Position numbers and translations under genes: made by a program
From: Ignavibacteria bacterium
GTDB taxonomy: Bacteria; Bacteroidota; Ignavibacteria; Kapaibacteriales; UBA2268
DNA: 64,000 bases
Assembly (NCBI GenBank): GCA_026416955.1
Contig: JAOAEE010000036.1
Span: 24,455-88,454, forward strand
Reading direction: 5' to 3'
Shown here: piece by piece, positions 26,542 to 37,009 of the stretch
Numbering within the stretch: position 1 is the first letter of the stretch
Layout: each line of letters begins with the position of its first letter
Notes under the pieces: generated by a model
The model's input: only the letters and a program-made list of their open reading frames with translations
The model's database searches: none
Told to the model about the DNA's origin: nothing

Positions 26542-28842
26542 ATGATGCTGGGGAATACTTATAATATATTGAAACAATTAGGGATAAAAGGATTAATCCT
26601 TGTATCTTGCGTAATTGTTGGCTTGGTTCTAATCCTAATTGTTCCAACCTTTGCAATGAAACTTCTGGGTATAGGTGTTGTAATACTTTCTATTTTGGGT
26701 TTGATAATTTCTTTCTATCAACGAGGGTATGTAACTGGTAAGGAGTTCATCGTAGAAAAAAAGAAACCATCGACACCTTTGCCCAAGAACTTGAAGATTG
26801 ATGAGATTCGTACAGAAAAAGGCAAGATTAAGTCCTTCGAAAATGTCGAGACAGATATTATTATTGATAGTGTTGATAGTAAACCCCAAAAGAAAAGCCC
26901 AAAGAAAAAATTTGGCTTAGTCCAAGGTTTTATCAATTTCGTTGCAAAAGCAGAGGAAAAATCTTATTTCCCAAGTGATTCAAAATTAAAGACAAAGAAA
27001 ACTTCTGGTATTCAAGAGAGCGATTTGGAAAGGATGAATGTTTATCGAGACGAGCCAGAGAGCAGTTTTAAAATAATAAGGAAATCGAAAACAAATCGCA
27101 CTGAAACAAATGTTGGGAGTGACCTTCCTAACAATAAAGAAGATTCGAAGTTCGAGGAGCCGTTGCAAGAAGTTAAGATAGAGATAAAGGAACCATACAA
27201 AGAAAAAGTCGAAGACGACTATGGTGAAGTTCAAACAAAAGAAATTGAAACCGATTCGATTTTGAAAGGAAAAAAAGAAGAGAAGGAGGTTCAAGAAGAG
27301 TTTCGAGTTGACATTGTAAATGAGCCAAAGTTTAAGAATAGAAGCGTTGAGTTTGATGTCGGAGAAGTATATTCCGAAGATGGGTTCATTCGTGGAGAGC
27401 CGATAAAAGAGATGAAGATACTTTTCGAGCGAATGTTGAATGTGATTGGAACAGTTACGAAAACAATAACAGCCGCATTCTATTTAGTCAACAAAGCGAA
27501 AAATGAATTGGTACTTCAGGCAATTGTATCTCATAACCCAGAGGCGTTGCGAAAGGAGAGAAAGATACCATTGGATGGCGACCTAATAAGTCAAATAGTG
27601 TATAGAGGGCGACCAGAAATAATTGATTTCAATCCATATGCATCTGAATTGGATTTGCTGCCGTATTATTCGAAGGAAGTTGGTGCAAGGACGTTTATTG
27701 GAGTACCACTTACAATGCGAGGCAGCATTATTGGCGTGCTTTGTGCCGATTCAACTTCGCCCGATGCTTTCGATAATTATACAATGAACTTTTTCCTACA
27801 TTATGCGAAAATTTTTTCCTTTTTCTTGGAAAGTTACACTGAAAAATACGAACTGTTGTTGGAATCGCAAGCACTGGGGCTCGTCGATGAGTTCCGAAAA
27901 GGATATTTTGCTGGTGGAAGCAAAGTTTCTGAATCGATGAAAAATTTGGTGCAAACTATTTTGAATTTATTCGATTTTACTACTGTTGGAATTTGCCTTT
28001 ATGATTTTAATTCTAAATTTTATCGAATTTACTATATTCGTTCAAAAAAGAATTTAGATTTGGAATTGAAAAACAAAAAGGTCGATTTGAAAAGAACACT
28101 CTTGGGTAAGTCTTTGAGCGAGAAAAGGGTTTTAAATGTCGAATTTGATGAACATATCCAAAGAGTGCATTATTTGGAAACAAAAATAAAACGGGGGAAC
28201 TTTGTCGCAGTACCAATAAAGACGCAAACTGGTGTTTATGGTGCAGTTTTTGGCTGGACCGATGAACTTAATCCAATTATTAATAATACAATTCGAATTT
28301 TGGAGGATATATCGTTTACTTTAGGTTTGTTCTACGAGAATGATTATTTAAACTTTGTAGCAAGAAGTTCATCGAAAGAAGAAGTTCATTTTGGTAAGGA
28401 ATTATTCCACAAAAAAGTGGAAGAGGAGTGGAAACGTGCAGTAGAATTTGGAATCCCATTTTCGATATGTAAGATTTCTATTGATAACTATTTGATAGAT
28501 TCAAATCTACTTGTAGAGTTCGAGAGCCAAAGTAGAAAAGTTGTGCAAGAAAATTTGCAAAAAGTTCTCAAAGATTTTGAATACTTTGCAGATTTGGAAG
28601 ATAAGTCTATTGGTGTGGTATTGATTGGTAGAACTGGGAAAGATGCAAAGTTGCTGTTTGAAATGATAAGAAAGAATATAGCACAAACTATGCTAAAAAT
28701 CAACAACGAAAATGTTTTCTTTACGATTTCGGTTGGAATTGCTCAATTTAATCGGGATACAAACGTCGATAAATTAATTGAAAATGTAGACAAGGCTTTG
28801 GAAATATCTTGTTCAAGAAAAAACACAGTTACACTATATTAA
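26542..28842 (+). CDS. Membrane-anchored protein: 2 TM, long K/E-rich linker, GAF-like domain(s), degenerate GGDEF domain
   Basis: The GGDEF fold is visible (FSICKISIDNY..., FFTISVGIAQF, VDKALEISCSRKNTV). The active-site GG(D/E)EF position reads EDKSI. GAF-like stretch RGSIIGVLCADSTSPDAFD. Confidence 0.75.
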   Translation: MMLGNTYNILKQLGIKGLILVSCVIVGLVLILIVPTFAMKLLGIGVVILSILGLIISFYQRGYVTGKEFIVEKKKPSTPLPKNLKIDEIRTEKGKIKSFENVETDIIIDSVDSKPQKKSPKKKFGLVQGFINFVAKAEEKSYFPSDSKLKTKKTSGIQESDLERMNVYRDEPESSFKIIRKSKTNRTETNVGSDLPNNKEDSKFEEPLQEVKIEIKEPYKEKVEDDYGEVQTKEIETDSILKGKKEEKEVQEEFRVDIVNEPKFKNRSVEFDVGEVYSEDGFIRGEPIKEMKILFERMLNVIGTVTKTITAAFYLVNKAKNELVLQAIVSHNPEALRKERKIPLDGDLISQIVYRGRPEIIDFNPYASELDLLPYYSKEVGARTFIGVPLTMRGSIIGVLCADSTSPDAFDNYTMNFFLHYAKIFSFFLESYTEKYELLLESQALGLVDEFRKGYFAGGSKVSESMKNLVQTILNLFDFTTVGICLYDFNSKFYRIYYIRSKKNLDLELKNKKVDLKRTLLGKSLSEKRVLNVEFDEHIQRVHYLETKIKRGNFVAVPIKTQTGVYGAVFGWTDELNPIINNTIRILEDISFTLGLFYENDYLNFVARSSSKEEVHFGKELFHKKVEEEWKRAVEFGIPFSICKISIDNYLIDSNLLVEFESQSRKVVQENLQKVLKDFEYFADLEDKSIGVVLIGRTGKDAKLLFEMIRKNIAQTMLKINNENVFFTISVGIAQFNRDTNVDKLIENVDKALEISCSRKNTVTLY

Positions 28843-28851
28843 AACTTATTT

Positions 28852-30999
28852 ATGGATGTACACAAACTCGAGCAAAAAGTAATCTCGGTACTTCGAGATA
28901 GCGGTCGCCCTATGCGGCTACAAGAAATTAGCCGACGCATAAATATTTCTCCAAAGACAAAAGAATATACGAATTTGTTAAGAGCTATCGAAAACCTTTG
29001 CACTTCCAACATTATCATAAAATCAACAAGGAGAAAATATCATCTTCAAGAGTATCTAAACGACTCTTTGGTTACTGGAATTTTGAGGATTGAGCACGGC
29101 CGGGGGATTGTACAATCCAAAGAGTTGAAACAACCAATCACTATAAAACGCAAGAACCTTTTTACAGCATTTGATGGGGATAAGGTTCTTGTGAAATTGC
29201 TTGGTATAAAGAATAAAGATAGACAATATGGTGAAGTTATAGAAATTGTTTCGAGAGCAGAGCATAAATTTATTGGCACCATCGAGTACGATGGTGGCTT
29301 GTTCTTCTTGGTTCCATCGGACGATAAGTATTATATCGATTTTGTGGTACCAGAAAGGAAACTGAAAAAAGCAAGCGATGGGGCGAAAGTATTAGCTCGA
29401 CTTGTGGAATGGAACGACCCCAACAAAAGTCCGATAGCCGAAGTAATAGAAATTCTTGGTCGTGCGGGCGATATTGCTTCCGAATCGGAAAGAATACTTT
29501 ATGAATTTAAATTGCCAAAAGAATTCCCAGAAAAAGTTTTGAAAGAAGTAACAGAAATACCAGAGAAAATTCCTCAAAGCGAAATAAAACGTCGAGTAGA
29601 CCTACGCGAAAAATTAATAATCACTATCGACCCAATAGACGCAAAGGATTTCGATGACGCCGTTTCTTTGGAACGGCTGCCGAATGGGAATTATCTTTTG
29701 GGTGTGCATATTGCTGATGTGAGTTATTATGTTAAGGAAAATAGTGAACTCGACAAAGAAGCCTTTCGGCGGGGGACAAGTGTTTACCTTGTTGACCAAG
29801 TGGTTCCAATGCTTCCCGAAAAACTTTCGAACAACTTGTGTTCGTTGCGACCAAACCGAGTTCGTTTAGCTTATAGTGTTATGATGGAATTCGACCAGAA
29901 ATTGAACCGAGTTCGATACGAAATTTTTGAATCTGTTATAAAAAGTCGAAAAAGATTAAATTACGACGAAGTTTATGAACTTTTGAAATCGGGTAGGGAA
30001 CCATCAAACGAAATCGAAAAATTACTTTACGAATTAAATGAATTTGCACAAAAGTTGCGAGAAAAAAGATTTAGCGAAGGTGGAATAAATTTCGAAACGG
30101 TGGAGGTACGGTTTGTTCTCGATGAGAATAAAAACCCAATAAGTGCCTATTTGAAGGAAAGTACAATTGCTACGCAATTAATCGAAGAATGTATGCTCGC
30201 TGCAAATCGAACTGTTGCGGAGCATATTCAAAAATTGAAAACAAAACATAGATTGAAAACGGAATTGCCATTTGTTTACCGTATCCACGACGAACCAGAA
30301 CAAAAAAAGATTAAAGAATTGGTTCACTTTTTCAAAATGATGTCGATTGATGCAAAAAACTTGGTTAGTGCAAAAGCAATAAACAAATTTTTAAAGCAAT
30401 TCGATGGTCGCCCCGAGAAGCCAATAGTCCACCAACTTTTAATAAGAGCGATGCAAAAAGCAATCTATTCGCCCGAGAACATTGGTCACTACGGCTTGGG
30501 ATTTAGGTACTATACACATTTTACCTCGCCAATCCGTCGATATCCCGACCTTGTTGTTCATAGGCTGTTGAAATTATATAATAATCGTATTCCGAAGGAG
30601 GATGAATTGCAAAAATTGAGTAGAATTGTTGATATTGCAAGCGACCAAAGTTCCGAGCGTGAGATAGTTGCTATGGAAGCCGAACGCGAAAGTGTAAAAC
30701 TTATGCTAACAATTCTTGCTGGTGAAAATATTGGGAAAGAGTTTACTGGAACAATTTCTGGGGTTACGAATTTTGGCTTGTTTGTTGTTTTAGATTCTAT
30801 TTATGCCGAAGGGTTAATTCCTGTTCGAGACCTAATTGATGATTATTATGTTTACGATGAAAGAAACATTCGTCTTGTTGGCAAAAGGAAAGGGAAAGTG
30901 TATAAGTTTGGAGACCGAGTTGCAACAAGAATTGTCGAAGTAGATGTCGAAAAACGCAAAGTCTGGTTAAAATTAGTTGAATACTTTTATAAATCCTAA
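28852..30999 (+). CDS. rnr: Ribonuclease R
   Basis: RNB motif HYGLGFRYYTHFTSPIRRYPDLVVHR. C-terminal S1 domain (GTISGVTNFGLFVVL). Confidence 0.93.
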   Translation: MDVHKLEQKVISVLRDSGRPMRLQEISRRINISPKTKEYTNLLRAIENLCTSNIIIKSTRRKYHLQEYLNDSLVTGILRIEHGRGIVQSKELKQPITIKRKNLFTAFDGDKVLVKLLGIKNKDRQYGEVIEIVSRAEHKFIGTIEYDGGLFFLVPSDDKYYIDFVVPERKLKKASDGAKVLARLVEWNDPNKSPIAEVIEILGRAGDIASESERILYEFKLPKEFPEKVLKEVTEIPEKIPQSEIKRRVDLREKLIITIDPIDAKDFDDAVSLERLPNGNYLLGVHIADVSYYVKENSELDKEAFRRGTSVYLVDQVVPMLPEKLSNNLCSLRPNRVRLAYSVMMEFDQKLNRVRYEIFESVIKSRKRLNYDEVYELLKSGREPSNEIEKLLYELNEFAQKLREKRFSEGGINFETVEVRFVLDENKNPISAYLKESTIATQLIEECMLAANRTVAEHIQKLKTKHRLKTELPFVYRIHDEPEQKKIKELVHFFKMMSIDAKNLVSAKAINKFLKQFDGRPEKPIVHQLLIRAMQKAIYSPENIGHYGLGFRYYTHFTSPIRRYPDLVVHRLLKLYNNRIPKEDELQKLSRIVDIASDQSSEREIVAMEAERESVKLMLTILAGENIGKEFTGTISGVTNFGLFVVLDSIYAEGLIPVRDLIDDYYVYDERNIRLVGKRKGKVYKFGDRVATRIVEVDVEKRKVWLKLVEYFYKS

Positions 31000-31004
31000 G
31001 GGTG

Positions 31005-31910
31005 CTAGGATAAAAAAGCCTCGCGTAATTGGTTAATTTCAAGTTTTCTCATTTTAAGTATGACCTTGAAAACTTGTTCTATTTGCTTGGGTGTTCCGTT
31101 CCGTATCATTTCAAAAAATTCGATAGGAATAATTTGCCAAGAAATACCATATTTGTCTTTTACCCACCCGCATTGTTCAGCTTCGGGAATACTTGATAAT
31201 CTTTCCCAGAAGTAGTCAATTTCATCTTGTGTTTCGCAAGTAACGATAAAAGAGAAAGCTTCGTTGAAGTTAAAGTCGTGTTGCCAACCATTGTCCATAG
31301 CAATGAACCATTGGTTTTCAAGCATAAAGTCTGTGTAGAGTATTGTTCCTTCTTTGTTTGGCTCCATCCCACTTGAATATCTTTTCAGAACACCTCTTTT
31401 GCTATTATTAAAAATTGAGATGTAGAAGTCGGTTGCTTCTTCGGCCCTTGCATAAACTTCGTTGACAAACATTAAGGCTGGGGTGATAAAGTTTCTTTCG
31501 TTCGTTTCATCCTCGACAAGAATTAATTGCCACGACAATCCAAATTTGTCTTCGACCCATCCAAATTTTTTGCTAAAAAAGTATTCATCTATTGGCATCA
31601 ATATGTTGCCGTCTTTACTCAATTTTTCCCAAAAGTAGTCTAATTTATTGGCTGCATTCCTATCCTTTATTGCGTCAAAAGTCAATACGAAGGAAATCGA
31701 GGGGTTCAATTTAAAATGTGGACCAGCACTTATTGCCATAATACTATAATCAAGTAAGTTGAATGAAACAAGTTCAGTTTCCCCAGAGGGAGTATCTTTA
31801 ATAATAATTCTTTCGCTGATTTTTGAGTTGCCACCAAATACTGATGTGTAGAATTCTGCTGCTTTGATTGCTTCAGTATTGAACCACAAATGTGGAATTA
31901 TTTTCTGCAT
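31005..31910 (-). CDS. VOC-superfamily protein with two PhnB-like / 3-demethylubiquinone-9 3-methyltransferase-type domains
   Basis: Duplicated I(I/T)P..W(F/M)...A.EA.(E/D)FY.S(V/I)F pattern and two (F/Y)G(L/I)SWQ(L/I)I motifs. Confidence 0.8.
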   Translation of the reverse strand: MQKIIPHLWFNTEAIKAAEFYTSVFGGNSKISERIIIKDTPSGETELVSFNLLDYSIMAISAGPHFKLNPSISFVLTFDAIKDRNAANKLDYFWEKLSKDGNILMPIDEYFFSKKFGWVEDKFGLSWQLILVEDETNERNFITPALMFVNEVYARAEEATDFYISIFNNSKRGVLKRYSSGMEPNKEGTILYTDFMLENQWFIAMDNGWQHDFNFNEAFSFIVTCETQDEIDYFWERLSSIPEAEQCGWVKDKYGISWQIIPIEFFEMIRNGTPKQIEQVFKVILKMRKLEINQLREAFLS

Positions 31911-31983
31911 TTTCCCTTATTAATTAAAAAATAGAAAGCGATTAAGGAAAATAATTATTTTAAGATTTTATTTTAACAGAAGG

Positions 31984-34341
31984 TTATTTCAACTTTACGA
32001 TAGTAACACCAGCCCCACCTTCTTCTATTGTTCCTTCACGAAAGCTATCCACTTGGGGATGGGACTTGAAGTATTCGTGTAAGTTCTGTCGCAACGCCCC
32101 AGTTCCCTTCCCGTGAATTATTGTAATTGTATCTACATTGCTTAATATGGCCTCGGAAATAAATTTGTCGACTTCCCGGATTGCTTCGCTTACTCTTTTC
32201 CCACGCAAGTCCAGTCGGGTGTTTGCAGAAAATTTAAGGTAATCTGTGGGTAAACTCTTTGATTCTGTTGGTTTTTGCGAAAATTTATGTAGTTTACTTA
32301 GTTTAGTTTTAAATTTTAGTCCATTGAAATCGACAAGTGCTTCTTCTGTCTCGTCGAAAATCTTGATTATTTGTCCGATACTTGTGGGGTCGTCGATATA
32401 AACTAAATCACCTTCAAACAATGTTTCGATATTGTGTGCGATTTGTTCGGAAGCAGTAAAAACCTTTTTTGCTTCTTCTTCGATTTCTTTCTTCTGCAAA
32501 GCAAAGTCCTTTTTAATAGAACCAAGAGTTTTTTGTTGTTCTCGTACTTCTTTGATTGTGTTTTCAATCAAAGCATTTGCCTTGCGAATAATTTCGTAGG
32601 CTTCGATTTTAGCGTTATCGAGCAATTCTTTACGCTTTGCCTTTATTTCGTTAAGTCGCTGTTGGTATTCTTCTTTTATCTTTTGTAGTTCAAGTTTTTC
32701 GGCTTCCAAATCCAATTTTAATTTCTCGGCTTGGATTTTTAGTTGGTAGATAATTTTCAATTGTTGTTCAATTTCGTTTTCTGATTTTGAAAGATAGGAG
32801 CGGGCACGCTCGATAATATGCTTTGGCAAACCAAGAAGAGTTGCAAGTTCAAAAGCATAACTATTGCCGGGGAAACCTTGAAGGAAGCGGTAAGTAGGTT
32901 TCAAGTTGGTCTCGTCGAATTCTAACGAATCGTTTTCGATTTCTTTTCGAGTTAACGAGAATACTTTTAAATAAGATTGGTGGGTTGTAACTGCAAAGAA
33001 CAAATTTATTGTGATAAAAGTTTCGATTATGGATGCGGCTAAAAGAGAACCTTCGTGTGGGTCGGTTCCAGAAACAATTTCATCGATTAGGACAAGAGTT
33101 TCGGGGTCGGAACTTTCGATAATATTTTTAATTCTTAAAATTTGAGAGCTGAAAGTGCTTAAATCTTGTTCAACAGATTGTAGGTCGCCAATAGAAGTGT
33201 ATATTTTAAAGATTTTGGTCTTGCAGTAGCCGTGTGTAAAAAAACCAGAAAGAGCAAGTGCAATATTTAGCCCAATACTTTTTAGTGCGACAGTTTTACC
33301 TCCAGCATTTGGTCCGGAGATAATGTGGCCCCGTTTGAGTTCAGAAAAGGTGATTGTTAAAGGAACAACGTTTTTAAAGCCACGATTGTGGACTAAAATT
33401 GGATGGCGAATATCTTGCAAGAAAATTTCTTTATTGTCCCAAATAATAGGTTTTTGGCAGTAAAATTGTATTGCGTATTTGGCTTTTGCAAAAGTTGCGT
33501 CGAAATGCACAAGAATATCAAGAGAGCGAATTAATTCTTTTGCAACATTGCCAATTTCTTCTGTCAAGTTACGAAGTATCCGATAGATTTCCCTTCGTTC
33601 TTCATTTTCAAGAAGGGAAAGTTCGTTGTTCATTTCGATAACTTCTGCGGGTTCGATAAAACAAGTTTGTCCGCTTTGCGAAACCCCGTGAATAATTCCC
33701 GAAATTTTGTTTTTATATTCAATTTTAATAGGGAGAACAAATCTACCTTCGCGGATAGTAACAAATTCGTCTTGAACAAGTTCATCTTGTGCTATGGTTT
33801 TTAAAATCTTATCAAGGCGGCGTCGAAGTTTTGCCGATTTTTCGATTATTTCGTTTCTAATTCGCAACAATTCTTTAGTCGCATTGTCGCGAACATTGCC
33901 CGTTTCGTCGATTGCCTCGCGAATATGTTTTTCGAGAATTCTGTTTTCGTACAAAAGGGAAGCAAGTTCAGCAAGATTTGGGAATTCTTCGGCTTTCGAT
34001 TGTATGAAGGAGCGAAATGTACGTGAAATCTGCAACAAATTCAAAATTTCGAGGATTTCACCAGTGGAAAGTACAGCGTTTTCAATTTCAGATTTATAAA
34101 TTTTTTGTCTCACATCTCCAAAATTTTCCAAAGGAACATTTTGGTAGATGTTAAGAAGATTCACACTTTCTTCGACAAGAATATGCTCTTTGGAAAGTTC
34201 TTTTGGGTCTAAAATAGGAAGTGAATTCAAAATTTGATTTTTTCCGTATTCTGTGATTGCATATTTCGAAACTTTTTCCAAAACAGTAAAGAATTCAAGT
34301 TGTTTAAGCGAGTCGAGATAAAGTGGGTCGATTTGTTCCAT
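31984..34341 (-). CDS. mutS2: Endonuclease MutS2 (MutS domain V ATPase plus C-terminal Smr)
   Basis: Walker A ISGPNAGGKTVALKSIG. Smr domain LDLRGKRVSEA...TIIHGKGTGALR. Confidence 0.93.
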   Translation of the reverse strand: MEQIDPLYLDSLKQLEFFTVLEKVSKYAITEYGKNQILNSLPILDPKELSKEHILVEESVNLLNIYQNVPLENFGDVRQKIYKSEIENAVLSTGEILEILNLLQISRTFRSFIQSKAEEFPNLAELASLLYENRILEKHIREAIDETGNVRDNATKELLRIRNEIIEKSAKLRRRLDKILKTIAQDELVQDEFVTIREGRFVLPIKIEYKNKISGIIHGVSQSGQTCFIEPAEVIEMNNELSLLENEERREIYRILRNLTEEIGNVAKELIRSLDILVHFDATFAKAKYAIQFYCQKPIIWDNKEIFLQDIRHPILVHNRGFKNVVPLTITFSELKRGHIISGPNAGGKTVALKSIGLNIALALSGFFTHGYCKTKIFKIYTSIGDLQSVEQDLSTFSSQILRIKNIIESSDPETLVLIDEIVSGTDPHEGSLLAASIIETFITINLFFAVTTHQSYLKVFSLTRKEIENDSLEFDETNLKPTYRFLQGFPGNSYAFELATLLGLPKHIIERARSYLSKSENEIEQQLKIIYQLKIQAEKLKLDLEAEKLELQKIKEEYQQRLNEIKAKRKELLDNAKIEAYEIIRKANALIENTIKEVREQQKTLGSIKKDFALQKKEIEEEAKKVFTASEQIAHNIETLFEGDLVYIDDPTSIGQIIKIFDETEEALVDFNGLKFKTKLSKLHKFSQKPTESKSLPTDYLKFSANTRLDLRGKRVSEAIREVDKFISEAILSNVDTITIIHGKGTGALRQNLHEYFKSHPQVDSFREGTIEEGGAGVTIVKLK

Positions 34342-34343
34342 TT

Positions 34344-34802
34344 CTAAACTGTTTTTTGAGACAAAAGTTCTTTTGCAATTGCTTGAACAAGATTTCCATC
34401 GGCTTTACCTTTTAAGTCCTTCATCGCTCTTCCCATAACCTTTCCGAAATCGCTAGGGGACTTAGCACCTATTTCAATTATTATGTTGTTTAGGAAAGTA
34501 CGAATTTCTTCCTCTGTCATTTGGGCTGGCAAAAAACTATGAATGATATCTAGTTCTTGGCGTTCCTTTTCGGCAAGGTCGTTTCGACCACCTCTTTCGT
34601 AAAGTTCTATTGCTTCTTTTCTTTTTTTTGCTAATGAATTTAATATTCTTAACTCATCTTCTTCGTTCATTTCTCTATCAATTCCGCTTTTTTTGAATTC
34701 AAGGATTGCTGCTCGAATTGAACGAAGGGCATCCAAGCGAACTTGGTTCCCTTCCTTTATTGCTTTCTTCAACTCCTCGCTAATTTTCTGCTCTAAGTTC
34801 AT
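34344..34802 (-). CDS. GatB/YqeY domain-containing protein
   Basis: 152 aa. KKAIKEGNQVRLDALRSIRAAILE and FGKVMGRAMKDLKGKADGNLV are typical of YqeY. Confidence 0.85.
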   Translation of the reverse strand: MNLEQKISEELKKAIKEGNQVRLDALRSIRAAILEFKKSGIDREMNEEDELRILNSLAKKRKEAIELYERGGRNDLAEKERQELDIIHSFLPAQMTEEEIRTFLNNIIIEIGAKSPSDFGKVMGRAMKDLKGKADGNLVQAIAKELLSQKTV

Positions 34803-34905
34803 AATTGCTCCAATTTCGTTTCGATAAGTTGCAAAATTACAAGATATTAATCAATTAATAATTTTCGATTACAATAGATTTAGGTAAATTTGTAATTTTA
34901 GGTAA

Positions 34906-36387
34906 ATGATGGGAGTGTGGTTCCGTAAAAAAATAATTTTTTTGCTCATTTTTTCTTTGTTCCTCTCGTTGGAATTTGGGGTCGAAGCACACTCTGGAAA
35001 AAAGAAGAGCAAACCTTCAATTTCAAAAAAAAGTAAATTAAGCCGAGCCTCTGCAAGCAAACATATAACCAAGAGTAAAATCAAGAAAAAAAGAAAAAAG
35101 AAACCACGTCTGGTCGTCCCCAAGGTTCTTTTAAATCAAATGAAGATATTGGATAGTCAAGAACTTAGCAAAGGAGTCTTTTATAAACAAATACAATTTG
35201 GAACGGACGAATTAAGGATTTTAGTGCATTTAATCGAAGTTGATATTGATTCAACACCTTACCAAGTCAGGTTGTTGAAGGCAAAGAACACAGTTGATGG
35301 GCTCGATTATATCCGTAATATCTATGATGATTTTCAATTTGAACTGACAAGAATTTATGGTGGGGATTTAATTGCTATTTCTAATGCAAATTTTTGGTCG
35401 GCATTTATGAATTACCCTATTGGTATTTTTGTTACAGAGGGAGAAGTAATTTCAATGAAAAAATATAAAGAATGGAGCACAGTTTTCTTTGATGAAGAGA
35501 ACAGACCATATATCGATAATTTTGAACTTTTTGGGGAAATTATTCTACCCGACGGACACAGAGTAAGAATTGATAATGTAAATCGGCGTAGTGAAACCGA
35601 TGTTCTTGTTCTTTACAACAAATATTTTGGCGATACCATACCGAAAGTCCATATCAAGGATTTAGAAAAATTAGTCGACGAGACAATTTCCGCAATTATT
35701 CAAAACTCCGATTTTACCGACACCACAGAGATAGAGATAGACACAAACGAAATCCGAAATCAAATAATTAATTCTAAAAAAGAGGAGTCGAAAGAATTTT
35801 CGACAAGAAAATTAGTTTTTAGATATTTAGAACAACCGGCAATCAATCGGAAAATTCTTGTTGAATTTTTAGGATATGATTCCTCGGTTGTTAAAATTCC
35901 GAGTAATGGATTTATTTTTACCTTGCCAGCCGAAAAAGGGAATCTTTTGAAACTTAAACGAGGGGAAAAATGTTATCTATATTTTTCAACCGACCGTTTA
36001 AGATATATTAAATTTACTAATGCAGTTTCTGGGACACCACGGCTTGTAAGGAAAGGTGTAGCAAAACACGAAGCATACCAGGAAGGTTCTCGAGGATTTC
36101 GATTTATTGGGGCCCAGTTGCCAAGAACTGCAATTGGTACAAATATGTCCAAAACAAAGATATTCCTTTTTGTTGCAGAGGCAAGCAAGACCAATAGAAG
36201 TCTTGGAGCAAATCTTTCTCAATTGTCAATAATAGCTAAAAAGATAGGTTGCTTCGATGCAATGAATTTGGACGGAGGAGGTTCTTCGATAATGTTGGTT
36301 AATGGCAAGAAAGTTGGTTCAAACGGCGAGAGCAACGGAAGAAGGATTTCGGGGGCTATTGGTATTTCGGTAAGAAATAAGAAATAA
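34906..36387 (+). CDS. Phosphodiester glycosidase family protein (DUF2233/NAGPA-like) with a polybasic N-terminal tract
   Basis: C-terminal DAMNLDGGGSSIMLVNGK. Signal peptide followed by a ~50-aa K/S-rich stretch. Confidence 0.75.
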   Translation: MMGVWFRKKIIFLLIFSLFLSLEFGVEAHSGKKKSKPSISKKSKLSRASASKHITKSKIKKKRKKKPRLVVPKVLLNQMKILDSQELSKGVFYKQIQFGTDELRILVHLIEVDIDSTPYQVRLLKAKNTVDGLDYIRNIYDDFQFELTRIYGGDLIAISNANFWSAFMNYPIGIFVTEGEVISMKKYKEWSTVFFDEENRPYIDNFELFGEIILPDGHRVRIDNVNRRSETDVLVLYNKYFGDTIPKVHIKDLEKLVDETISAIIQNSDFTDTTEIEIDTNEIRNQIINSKKEESKEFSTRKLVFRYLEQPAINRKILVEFLGYDSSVVKIPSNGFIFTLPAEKGNLLKLKRGEKCYLYFSTDRLRYIKFTNAVSGTPRLVRKGVAKHEAYQEGSRGFRFIGAQLPRTAIGTNMSKTKIFLFVAEASKTNRSLGANLSQLSIIAKKIGCFDAMNLDGGGSSIMLVNGKKVGSNGESNGRRISGAIGISVRNKK

Positions 36388-36390
36388 GAT

Positions 36391-36417
36391 GTAACCAAAT
36401 TAAATGATGATTTGTCT
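36391..36417 (+). promoter_or_regulatory. Candidate ECF-type autoregulatory promoter (AAC-containing -35, GTCT -10)
   Basis: GTAACC at 36391-36396, an 17-18 nt spacer, then GTCT at 36414-36417. Lies in the 40-nt gap before the ECF sigma gene. The geometry fits the AAGGAG SD at 36433. Confidence 0.25.
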
Positions 36418-36442
36418 TTGTATTTGAGTGCGAAGGAGTAAT

Positions 36443-37009
36443 GTGAAAAATTTTGGCGAAAAAAAAGTAGAGGAAGAGAAACTTATTCGGGCAACCGAGG
36501 ATTTTCGTCGGGGAAGTGCCGAGGCATTTCATATTTTGTATTCGCACTATAGCCAAAAAGTGTATAGGTTTTGTTTAAGAATGCTGGGAAGTAAAGAAAA
36601 AGCAGAAGATGCCTTTCAAGAAACTTTCATCAAGGTATTTGAAAATGCAAAAAGTTTTCGGAGTGATAATTTTGGTCCTTGGCTATTTACAATTGCACGC
36701 CACGTTTGTTTGAATATGATAAGATTGGAGAAACCATACCAAGAAGTTAACGACAACTCTTTGAAATTATCATATGTTAATAATAGCGACTTTGGGTTGA
36801 AGGATTTTGTTCAACGCGCAATTATGCAATTACCGATTAGTTTGCGCGAAGCCTTGTTGTTGAGAGAATACGAGGAATATTCTTACGAGGAGATAGCCCG
36901 AATTCTGGATATTGGCATTTCCCTGGCAAAAATTCGAGTTCATCGTGCTAGACTTCTCTTAAAAAAATTATTGGAACCAATTGCAAAGGAATATTATGGG
37001 AATCGATAA
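36443..37009 (+). CDS. ECF-family RNA polymerase sigma factor
   Basis: Region 2 (YRFCLRMLGSKEKAEDAFQETFIKVF) and region 4 (LREALLLREYEEYSYEEIARIL). GTG at 36443 lies 4 nt after AAGGAG. The longest ORF starts at 36428. Confidence 0.88.
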   Translation: MKNFGEKKVEEEKLIRATEDFRRGSAEAFHILYSHYSQKVYRFCLRMLGSKEKAEDAFQETFIKVFENAKSFRSDNFGPWLFTIARHVCLNMIRLEKPYQEVNDNSLKLSYVNNSDFGLKDFVQRAIMQLPISLREALLLREYEEYSYEEIARILDIGISLAKIRVHRARLLLKKLLEPIAKEYYGNR

